Assembly: GCF_964204645.1 (NCBI RefSeq)
Contig: NC_134030.1
Location: forward strand, 1,905,355-1,969,354
DNA length: 64,000 nt
Origin: Tubulanus polymorphus
Taxonomy: Eukaryota; Animalia; Nemertea
Reading direction: 5' to 3'
Positions 11,507 to 23,500 of the stretch are shown here, in pieces; within the stretch, counting starts at the first letter, position 1, and each line of letters opens with the position of its first letter. Both the position numbers and the translations under genes were made by a program. The notes under the pieces are model-generated. The model ran no database searches. It saw nothing but the letters and a program-made list of their open reading frames with translations, and was not told where the DNA came from.

Positions 11507-14500
11507 CTGAAAATCAGAGGAGAGAAATAATCAAACATTCCGGACTCAGTTCAATATAGAGAGTGACTGTTAAAACTTCATGGTTCCCACAGCAACATCA
11601 ATTCATAATTCAAAAGTTTTTCCCAAGTATTTCATGGGTGATATTTCAATTCACACAGATGGAAATGAACAGATACTATCATACAACAGGGACATCAATA
11701 TTCAGCGGTAACTGGATGATAAAGATTATTTTCAAGAAAAAATTGCTGCAGAAAGTTTCCAATTGACATCCCATAAGTATGCTATATGAAATGTAAAATA
11801 AATTGCTCAAATATTTCCTGGATTAGAGGAAAATCTATTGAAAACTGAAATATTTCCAAACTAGAAAATTTCAAAATTTTCACAATTCAAAATTCCCAAG
11901 TTGTTCCTGATTTCCTGATTTACTGTGGGAATCATGTTTTTGGACAGAGAACTGCGGAACTGGAATTCACGCGTTCAATTGAACTTACTTTCTGTTAAGC
12001 GGTGGTTTAAGATATCTGCGTTCAATATTACGTTCTAAAGCTAACAATCTTTCCCGCGCGACGTTCAACATCTCCTCAGGTGAACGCTGCTTCTTCTTAA
12101 CGACCGCGATCCCGTCGTCATTGGACGCCGGTGATTTCACTGATTCTTTCGATTCTCGCGATCGTTTCGATTCGCGTCGTCTTTTCGCTCGACGACCTTT
12201 CTTTCCCGCAGTGGTTTCCTTGACGACTACGGTGGACGGGTTCTCGTCGGGTTTTTCCGTTTTTCCGCTTTCAACGACTTCAGCGATTAAATCATCGAGA
12301 TGAGAATCTAAATCTGATTTCTTCTCATTCTCTTCCTTCTTCACATCTTCCTCATCAGTTTTTGCATCCTCGTCACCAGTCACCTCTTCGTTTTTATCAT
12401 TTTTATCCTCTTCTATTTCATTTTCAGTATTCTCTTCTTTGTCTGCGGATGATTTTTCTGCGTCGGTTTTTTTATCCTCCGATGATGTCGGTTTTTCCTC
12501 TTTATTATCAACATCTTCATCATCGCCGTCCTCTTGGTCTTCATCGGAATAATCCGGTTTTGGAGGCATTTTCCAACCCTACAAAAAATCAGCATCACAA
12601 ACAACTTGAAATGTGTTCAAAGTGAACTCATCTTTCGGTCAGTCATCAGACTATGATATAAAGTGTTTTTAATCTCACTGCCTTCTTTGCTTTACTCCCT
12701 CTCAGCCTCTTCTTGCTCCTTTTGTTTCCCTCTTCCTCCCTCTATCTCTACCCTCTTTGCCTCCCTCTCACTTTCCTAATTTTCTCAACTTCCCTCCATC
12801 TATCTCACTCCCCTCTCATCCCTTCCACATCCTGTATGGACCTCTTCATTAGCCTTTACCTTTCTTCCTCTCTAATTCCCTCATCTCTTTTTTCCCCCTT
12901 CTTTCTCTCTCCTCTCTCTCACTCCCTCTCTCTCTCTCACTCTTTCTTCTCCCTCTATCAAAACTTACTTTGATTTGTAAACTCGCTCCCATCACACGCT
13001 CTGCTAATGTTTCCACATCATCCATCAGAGTCATATTCACTTCTATAAGAGCTCTGTGAATATACGAGTCTTCATCATCAGCTTCAGGAATTACGATTTC
13101 TTCTTCCGCATTCTTCGCATTTTCATCATTATCTTCAACCCCTGAATTATACATTTCAGAAATCACCAAACAGCAGACAGCAAGTACTACGAGACTGGTG
13201 CTAAGCTAATGTCTATTTCAACCTGACTTGAGAGCATTCCTGGTAGCCTAGCTCGCTCATTTTTGATAGTAAATACCTGATAAAGGTCGTAATAGGACCA
13301 GAAAGGAAACTGTTTGAAACTGTATTGAAGGATATCCAAAAAGTCTTTATTGAAAGGGGTCAAAAGTCAGGTTGAAATAGACATTAAGAGATATTCAACT
13401 ATGATCCATTGATAAGTCCATGTCGTAGAGGTGATATGAAATGCACAAAGTCTGAAATGTTTCCTTGCGCTGATAGTTTTGACTCAGCCTCTTATAGTCA
13501 TCACATACTCAAGTAACTAGTTTCGTATTCCAGGATCCAGTTCCACAGTTGTGAGTTAAGATTTGACTTGAAAATGTAGTTCGGCGTTAACTCTCACTCA
13601 CAATTGTGGAACTGAATCCATTGAAACATCAAGTAAGAAACATTTCAGACTTGTTTTGATCCTCAGCGTACGATTCTATATTATTCTCATATATTACCTT
13701 CTTGTTTTGCTTTCTCGCAGGAATGTAAAATATAATCGGAATATTTCTGTAATTGTTTCTGTAGCATTCGTTCGCGAATTCCTCTCGGATGTAAACATCG
13801 AGTCAGCAGACGCACGTCGTCTACCGATGATGTTTTCCACCAGCCGCGTTTCATTTCTATATAGATAATCAAATTTAATTTTTGAATCAATCAAGTTTAT
13901 TGAGGTGTATGAATAGGCGATGGACTTTCCCCTAAGTTTTCCAACACCCAGTTTCATAGACTGAGTATCAAAGTTATCCCTAGGGTTAAATCCTCAATCT
14001 GGGTGACAACCACCATACTAACAATGAGAAACCATGGTTATAACTGACAAATTTCAAAGAGGTTCCCAGGGACTATTTTTCTTCCATATCTATGAAACCC
14101 AGCCCTGGTTTTTGGTTAAATTTGTCAAATTCCTCGATTTCTCGAGTTTTCCAGGTCAGTGGCGCCACCCAGACTTCGACAATCCTTCAATGGTTCTGTA
14201 TTTTTACGTACCTTCAGGAATCGGTTCCGGTTTCGGCAGACGTACGGTGTCAATTTGATTGACAGGTGTCAAACTGACGTTGTGTTCGGTAACGGGCGTT
14301 GAGCAAGTCGCCGGTGAGCTCGTTAACTCCGGACCGTAAAACGAAGGTGAAGCAGCAGTCGACGTTATCAGACTAGAATCGTTACCGTTTAAAATACAAG
14401 GGGGCGCTACAGTAGCTGATCCGGGATATCCCATTAACCCGTAATTACTAGCAGCTGCAGCAGCTGCTGCTGAATAGTGTAGCTGTCCCATCTGGAATGA

Positions 14501-17500
14501 TGCAAACATCGGACTCTGAAGCTGAAAGAAATCAACCAATGATTCATTGACAGTCACTCTTATACGGGACAAATTTCATCTTATCAAAAAAAGACCCGAC
14601 TTGAGCGGAGTCTACTGTACTCATTCCATCTCTAATAACTTACCTGGAATGGACTAAACGGTACTGGTAGAAAAAACGGAGATGAAGTGCTGCCACCTAT
14701 ATGCGGAGTTATAGTCGGCGTGGTAACAGCAGTCGTAACTCTCGTTAAACTCGATTCATCGCACGGCATTTTCGGAAGAACACTGAACCACGATTTCTGG
14801 CGATCCGACAAATTTTTCAGCATCTGTTCCGCGGATAACGACGTCGCCACGGTAACGGGCAGCGAATTAAACGCGTTCAGTCCGGAGAAATTATTATTGT
14901 TGAAAATTTGCGGCGACGACGACGAGGGGTTGGCAGACGTCGGATGTTTCTTACTGAGAATAGAGTCAATGCTCATGAATCCCGGATGAGTTGAGGAGGC
15001 AGGTAGTTTTGGGTTAGGGGTAATAGCACCGTTTGTTAAATCTGAGTCTTTTTTCTCATTAAATGCAGATGTATGATGATCACGCGTAGTAGGACTGTCG
15101 CCGTTTTGCTTCGAAGGAGAATTGGACGTTTTTTCCTCACAGTTTTTAGACGGTTGCCCCGACGATGATGTTTTCATTGTTCCGTCTTGTTTCGCTATTT
15201 CGATCAATTCGCAAAGTTTTGCCGATGTCGGTTTTTTCAGGAATAAATTGTAATCCGAAGATTTCTGATCATTGAACACTTTTCCATTCACAACTGACGA
15301 ACAATTGTCGTAAATTATTGAAGAAGTTTTTTTAGCACCGTCATTTGTTTTATCAGTTGTTTTATCTAATGTTTTATCATTTGTTTTATCTAATGTTTTA
15401 TCATTTGTTTCATCCGATTTTTTATCAGTTGTTTTATCATTTGTTTCATCCAATGTTTTATCAGTTTTATCATTTGTTTCATCCAATGTTTTATCAGTTT
15501 TATCATTTTTTTCATCCAATGTTTTATCAGTTTTATCATTTGTTTCATCCAATGTTTTATCATTTGTTTCATCCAATGTTTTTCTATCCAATTTATCATT
15601 TGTTTCATCCAATGTTTTATCAGTTGTTTTATTTGTTGTTTTATTGATTGTTTTATCATTTTTTTCATCCAATGTTTTTCTATCCAATGTTTTATCATTC
15701 AAACTATCATCGTTTAATCGATTATTTTCCACCGCTGGTATTTTTGTTTCTGCGGTGATATCTCCGTTTTGTACGGTTGTCACGGTGACAGTAGCGTCGA
15801 CAACGCTGTCCGGTTTGTTATATTTAATCTCCGATGAATTCACGTACCGGTTTCCGGTTAGTAAACTGTACGATTCTCGTTTCACGTCTATTTTCATGAC
15901 GTCCGTCGAAACGGAATCGTTTTCGCGTTTTATCGATTCCGTTTTAATCTCCGTGGATTCAGCAGTATCCCCCCTCTGGTGGTTCTCGTCAGAACTAATC
16001 TCACGCGATGATGATTGACTTTGTTCGATTTTCGTATTGATTTTAACGGGAATTTCATCCGTTTCTAAAATCTCTCGTTTGATTCCGTCCGAATTTAACG
16101 ACACTGATTCACTTTTCGATTCTTCTTTAATCGAATCGCTTTTCATTAAAGTATCCGACTCCGATTCCGTTTTAACCGGAGGAATCGTCGATTCCGTAGA
16201 ATTCGATTCTTTTTTAAGGAATTCCTTCTTTATATCCGGTTTACGAATCGAACCCGGTTCCGATTTCGCACTGGAACCTATTTTATCGTCGGATGGCTCC
16301 GGTACGACGACGGTCGACGTTTCGTCGTCGTTGGAGTTTAAAGTTTCCGAGAATTCGTGCGTCGATGATTCCATGCTTTCGATGTAGAGCGCTCCGATGT
16401 GAGGTAAAACCCAGTAACGTCTGTGATATCGATCCTGACCGAACTGCATCCCTCTCAGTTTATGAGACGACGTGAATACTTGTTCCCTCAGCGTCGCTTG
16501 TTGCTGGAAAATATAAACACCGAGAACTTAGAAGAAATCTTCATTTATTTATTCAACAAATCAGGGGTAAAGTCACATCTTAAGTCCAAAAGAGGCTTTA
16601 AAATCTTGAGACTGGTCTTAAATTGTTAGATTGGTTATAGAACCAACATCAGCTTACGCTGATCTTAAGTTGTTCATTGGCTATAGAACCAAAATGAGTT
16701 TAGACTGGTCTTATGTTGTTAGATTGGCTATAGAACAAAAATGAGTTTAGACTGGTCTTAAGTTGTTAGATTAGTTAGTAGATAGATTAATGAGTTTAGA
16801 CTTACTAGCAGCTGCAGCTTACAGCTGATTTAAGACCAATTCAATTCATTTACACAAAGATCTATTGCTTCTGAGTAATTACATAATTACATATAACAGA
16901 CCATCCTAGTTCTACAACCAATCTGAATAACTTAAATACCAGTCTATAAAAATCTCATTTCTATAGCCAATTTAACACCTCCAGACCAGTCTCATAAAAG
17001 AAGACCACTTTTGGACTTTGTAACTGTAAACCTTGTTTGGTTAAATCTGTCATATATATTTTTACCTTATTCAGTTTTTCTATCTTTTTCTCCAAATCTT
17101 CCAGTGATAAATTTTCTTCGACCTAAAACGAGTAACACGATAAATGTAGTAGGATATGAAGTCTGATTCCGGGTTCGCGGAATCCAATTACACAATTCTG
17201 CAGATGTAATTTGACACTTGGACTGGATCCAGTTGCATACTTGTGGTTATCAGTTTTTCTGAAATGGTTTGTATATATATATATATACCTCTGAAACGTT
17301 GACATGAGCTCCTATTTCACTGACGGCTCCGTCGCTATCGTTCCCGCTTTCATCTTCCTCATCTCCTCTCACATCATCCATCGTAGAATCGTTCAACGAT
17401 TCATTCACACTTTTATCTGGACGGTTTGTCTTTTTAGCTTGAATCGTTTTCAGTCTAAAAATAGAATTTCTCATTCATTTCACTCTCACAATACGTTAAC

Positions 17501-20500
17501 ACATTTTCAGTTAATCATTGCTGGTCTTCATCGGTTTGAATTTTTGTGGTGACAAGGGTTTCTTGGTTGAAGATTCTTCTCAGGCCCCTCTTTCTCCCAG
17601 CCATAAATGGGAAAATTCATAATGCCCTCCCTGAGTTAAGTTGGTCAGTGGGTTTGAGAAGGAAAAGAAACATTGAACGTGCCAATAATGTCCCAATAGG
17701 AGCTCAGGGGGTTGAGGGGAACCTATTAATACTGCCATGATTTGAGCTCAAAGGGTTGCTAACAATGTCCTGATTGGTGCCCAGTAGGTTGAGTGAAAGC
17801 TGCTTATAATACTCTAATTGAAACACATGTTAAGATTTATCCTAAAAGCAACATCTAACACATTTTTAGCGAGGTGCAGTTGAGCTGTCAATCACTGCTG
17901 GTCTTCATCGGTTTGAATTTTTGTGATGTCTAGGGTTTTTTGGTTGCAGATTCTTCTCAGGCCATAAATTCAAAATTCATAATGCCCTGACTCAGCCTAA
18001 TGCCTAATGCATTCATAATGCCCTCCCTCAGAGTCAGTGGGTTTGAGAAGGAAAAGAAAAGAAACATTGAACCTGCCAATAATGTCCCGAGTGTTGCCTG
18101 GGAACCTGCTAATACTGCCCTGATTTGAGCTCAGCGGGTTGAGGGGAACCTGCTTATAATACCCTAATTGAAGCAGATTTTAAGATTCAGCCTAAATACC
18201 ACTGAAAATAAAACACAAGTGGCGAAGAGAGTTTATTTGAGATAGATATAAAACTTACTTCCTCAGAGTTCCATCGACGACCCACTTGTCTCTACGATAG
18301 TTATTCATCGAGTCAATATTTCTATCGATTTCATTCACGATGTTTTTACTGCACAATAATTCATTACACAGAAACGCTAAAATCTCAGCTTTATGCGTCG
18401 GATTTAACGCCTGTAGAGGGCGCTCTTTTAACAGCTTCACGTGCTGAAATAACGAACAATTTCTATGCGAGATTACTGATATTTCTACGACCCCGACCGA
18501 GGTTTTATATTCGACATACTTTAGTTTCCTCGTTATTTGATCGAGCTTTGATGAAAATGCGAAGAATTTCGGAGATATTTTCGTCAATGATTTCAACATC
18601 TGCGATTCTCTGATGCAGTAACGTCGTAGCCTGAAAAATAAACGAGTTGATGATATTCAATGAGTGTTTAAGAAATGTATGATTTAAGTTGTATGATTTA
18701 AGATTTTAAAAGTAGAAGCAAGTCTTAGACCCAGTGTTAAAGATCTCTGTCAATATTTGACTGTTCGACTAAACATATTTGTCTGAATGTTTATAACAAA
18801 CTGGCAATTATTCGTAATCTTAATGTTGAGTATTCTACCCATAATTGCAATTTCTAATCTGTTTTCTAATCTTATAAATGCAGAGATTACTGTTAAGATA
18901 TCGCGCTATATCAAGAAAATAAATTATTATTATCATTATCAAATCTACAGTCAATATTAAAGAACAGTGAAATGGGGTCCAGGACCTGCAGTTATCGGTT
19001 TAAATTTGATTCCAGGGGTAAAACATTGAAACTGAGTTTGGATGTAAATCAAGATAGAATACATACCTCTCTAGGATTAGGAACGCCCGGATCCTGTAGA
19101 GCTGATTTCAATAGATGCGTTGTTAAAGACATCAATTCGTCTTCATGTTCGGGATCATTGATTAAAGCTAACTGTAAACTGTTTAAAGTCGGTATCGAAG
19201 CTGAAATAAATACACAATTCAACAGTTATACAGTTGTTAGGCCTATCAGGACAATCGCCCCCGGACAATTGCATATATTATCGTATATGAATCATCAAAT
19301 TTTAAAATCAAATTCTATCATTTCAGGACTATGGACAATTTTTACGGCTGCCAAATGCAGGAAATAAGGTACCAGGATTCAGTTCCACAATTCTTTTTTG
19401 ACTCTTGGGTTAGATATGTTCTCAATTTCTGAAACTTTATCTTATCTGAAACTGAGTCAAATCTGAACTGAATTTGTGAACTGGACGCAGGTATCAGTGG
19501 GTTGCAGGTTCTACAGTTTTATATTGAAACCAGGCACTAATGATGAGTTAATACACCAGTTAGTGAGCTACTGATCTTTCATTGATCGACGGAACTTACT
19601 GAAATATTTACTGAATCCGAGAGCTTCACCGAAATTATTCAAAAACTCTATAATCATCAAACAATCCGAGAACGCCTTCGCCGCCAGTTTAACCGATTTT
19701 AAACGTTGGAATGTCGGCATCGGACGATGATCGGCGATTTCCATATCTTCAATCGGTTTCTTCAATTCTAAAGCCATCTGTAATTCCGCCTGTCTCTGTT
19801 CCTGTTCAAATCGATAATCAAAAACATTTCAGCTTCAAATAAATCCTAGATTTCTTTTTGTTTCCTGAAGAATGAATGTCTCTAACAACTTGTTTTATAT
19901 TCTTGTATTGCAATGGCATTCTAATAATTTTATGATTTCATGTATCACTATTGTAAAGCGCTATGACTGCCTTATAGCATAGCGGTATATAAACAAATAA
20001 ATCATTATTATTATCATTATCATTAATGATCTGTATAATTTTATCGTACCCATTTTTTCTGGCGATTAATTCTTTTCTCCTCCTTTCTTTCCTCTTTCAT
20101 TCTCTCGCGTTCCTCCTGTTTTTTTCTCGCCTCTAAAGCTTTCACTAACATCATGTGTTGACGTCTCCTTTCTCTCTCCTTGAAACAACGACAACATAAA
20201 CAACTCATATTTAAAATATTTTGGACAAGTATCGTTTGTACAGGATAAGTAGTGAAAACTCCTGGGTATCGTAAGCTCGTACATGTACTTCAAATAAACA
20301 AGTTAACCTATGAATTACTATCCATCCCTTATCCCTGGGACCAGTTGCATAGTCAGGGCTTTGAGTAAAGACCAGTCTAAAGCCATCTCAGATCTATAGC
20401 TAATCTAACATTCTTAAGGCCATTCATTTAAGACCACTTTTGGTCCAAGTCTAGAGTATAGAACAGGCCCTTGGAGTCTAAGCCCACTATTATACGGGTC

Positions 20501-23500
20501 TCGTGTCTTATTTTGACAGAATTTTGATACCTAAAATAGTACTTGAAATATCTCCATGTGATAGATATCTATCTATGTGAATTGTACGGTCACCTCCAGA
20601 GATGTACGGTACTCTATACGATGTATTTGGATATTCTACATCTATACTGATATAACATATACAGTACGATTCCCTATCTTACCATGCTCACCATAACCAA
20701 CATTTGTCTCCTTCTTTCTCTTTCCTTTTTTTATATCGAAATGCAGCAATAAATATATAAGAGACATTTGTGTCAGAGGTGTGATCATCCAAATGATGAC
20801 TTACACTTAGTAAATTGAAGTCTTATCATCCAAATGACAACTAAATTGAATTAGAAATTCGGACTCAAAAGTAGAGACTACATTAGGACCCATTTCCAAA
20901 CTTCTGAGTTAGAGTTGAGATTAGTTCCTCGGAGTAAAGATAAGTCCATTTTGAATATTCTAACTCTAGAATCAGATGTAAGGAACTGTTGAACTGAGTC
21001 CAGCGTGGAAATGGCGGGGTTCAGTGCGCAGTGATGTGCTGACTATATAATAAAGACTTGACCGATTTTGTCTGTTCTGACAAGTTAAAGTGCTTGAATC
21101 AGAACTCATTACCTGTTCTTTCATGATAACAGCCTGATGCCTTTTTACTTCACGCTCCTGAAATATATGTAAAATGAGAAGAAGAGTTATAGAAGAGATG
21201 TGTTAACCTGGCGTAGAATCTGATCAGTAAATGTGAAAACGAATAGCTTTTTTAATGTTAACGAGATTTATTTAGAATACAATCTCTTGCTACTAGGGAA
21301 TTGAGTAGCTTCATCAGGTGAATGAGTACCAGTCGATGTAGAAACAATATGTGAAACTCCCTATAAATACTGTTGTTTCAGCATTGACTGGTACTCATTT
21401 ACGTGATGTTGCTACAATGCGCACTTGTAGCAAAAGCTTGTACTCGAGAATAAATCTAGTTCTACTATTTGTCTTTACATTTTGCTATATATGATAAATA
21501 TATGTGACAATATATACAGTTATTAATGATGCAGAGAATGGAATTCATGCTATTGAAAACATCTAAACACTTTACACATAAACAACTAAAGCGTTAGCAG
21601 CAACGAGAACACATTAATTACACGTAGAATTCCACAATTATCAGTTTAAATTTGACGATTTCATCGACTAATTCTAACTGAAGTCAAACTTCATCCTAAG
21701 AACCGTGGAACTAGGTCCTGCTTCAATTCAAAACTTAGTTTCACAAACAACTAATAGTTACTGAGCTGAGCTAACATAACTGTGCAACTTTGGAGCTGGA
21801 TCTATAGCCGTTTTGTGAAACTAAATCTTCTGCCATGTCGTCGCAGTCATGCCAACAACCCTTAGTAGATCGCTGTTACCTAATTCAGATTGTATATACC
21901 TGCCCGATCTAGACCGGTCTAAAGCCCATTTATTTGTAATGAAGTGATGACTGTGCAACGTCGGGAGATGATATAATAATCAACACTGATCTAAACTAGA
22001 AGCAATGAATTGTATCAACTTCCTGATTTAGTGGTGATATTGTTTTTAAACATTGATCGATGCAGTATACCGATAGTGACAATGCTGTGTACGTGTGTAT
22101 CCCATATCGTATTGTTTTTTGTAGAGTGCAGAATCATTCATCCTACAGGACGATAGGTGTTTAGTGGAATCCCAGCAGCGGCTAAAGATGAACCTAATAA
22201 AAGCTCAACTCGGTCTAAATATAGTAATGCGTAATAATTATAGTTATACAGAGTGTTCAGGAAACGATGTTTTATTTCTGACAATTGAATCGACTAATGA
22301 GTAGAATATAGATACACTACTGATTAGTTTCAGATCTGAAAGTGAGCTCGATGCGGATCTAGGTAAGTTGGAAGACCAGGGTGAAAAGAAAAGGCATTTC
22401 TCGGATGATACAGCCACACCAAAGCCCACTGGTGGGGGTCCCTTCCTCAGAACAAGATATTTTAGAAAGTGAGTGTTTAATTTGCAGTAGGTTTCAATGA
22501 AATCTATCTTGATGATAAGAGCAACACGGAGGTTAGGACCCCGAGACCATTCCCAAATCTGTCCCTGATGCACTCTTGAGTCTTCTTACTTCACAAAATT
22601 CATCTCTTAAGATGGCCATTTTCAACTTAACCACTAAATAGTTCGCTCTTTGGTCAGAAATACACTCGTGTATTTTTCCCGGATACTCTGTGTAACATGA
22701 AGGCAAGCGCACACGTAATTGGGAGGCGCACACGTGAAGGGAGGCGCACTTGTGTTGTTGGTATGTAGCGGACGACCACACTGACCTTGGCCTTTTCGAT
22801 CATTTCGATAAACTTCATGCGTTGAGATTCCTGTTTTCTTTGTCTTCGTTCCTGCAGTTCATGCATAAAAATGTCATCATGCGAGAGATATTTTGATTTG
22901 AAGCGGACGAACGAACGAACGCACGCACGCAGCCGAGAGATACATGCAGACATTTAAAAACACACGGGACGAAATCCATTGGAAATAAAAAGATGATCTC
23001 TAGTGTGAGATCGAAACGTCGTGTTCTTATATTTTAGATTGTTTCAATAAATGAATTCTCGAATTCTTTTAATTTGTAAATAGTGGGTTTTTATCTTATC
23101 ATCTGTCCACCACATTTGAGTGTGGTTATCGTACCAAGATGGCGGATGAGTAAAATATCTGTTTCCGTTTTTGGATAGAAAATATTAATTTCTCGAAAGT
23201 GAAAGATGTTGAAATTTGAATGTATTCATGTTCGACGATGAAATAGATTCCAGTTTTTGACGAGTTCAAAATAATTTCTTGTTTTTTTCGCAAAAAAAAC
23301 AACGTTTTTCGTCGTTTCGCTAAAAAAGTCCAAACGTCTGATTTACATTTTACAAATTCACTACACCGAAGGTATTTAAAATGATGGAATCACATTTAGA
23401 GAATACCGAGAGACAAAATCCAAACAAGAATTAGTTCGAATTCGTTTACACAACGTTACTGTTTCCATAATGGTGGAAAACGATGAACAGTTTTTTCTGT

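Noticed and set aside
12625-12655. Minus-strand CTGATGA-CTGACC-GAAA hammerhead-like match
   Set aside because: No stem II pairing and no stems I or III; likely chance.
14687-16475. Several plus-strand and alternate-frame ORFs of 60-124 aa
   Set aside because: Antisense or off-frame shadows of the large BAZ2B exon and its coding repeat.
20594-20635. Possible 42-nt in-frame BAZ2B exon (NIQIHRIEYRTSLE)
   Set aside because: Weak acceptor and donor (GTGACC), no family resemblance, and only ~50 nt from the better candidate at 20683-20724.
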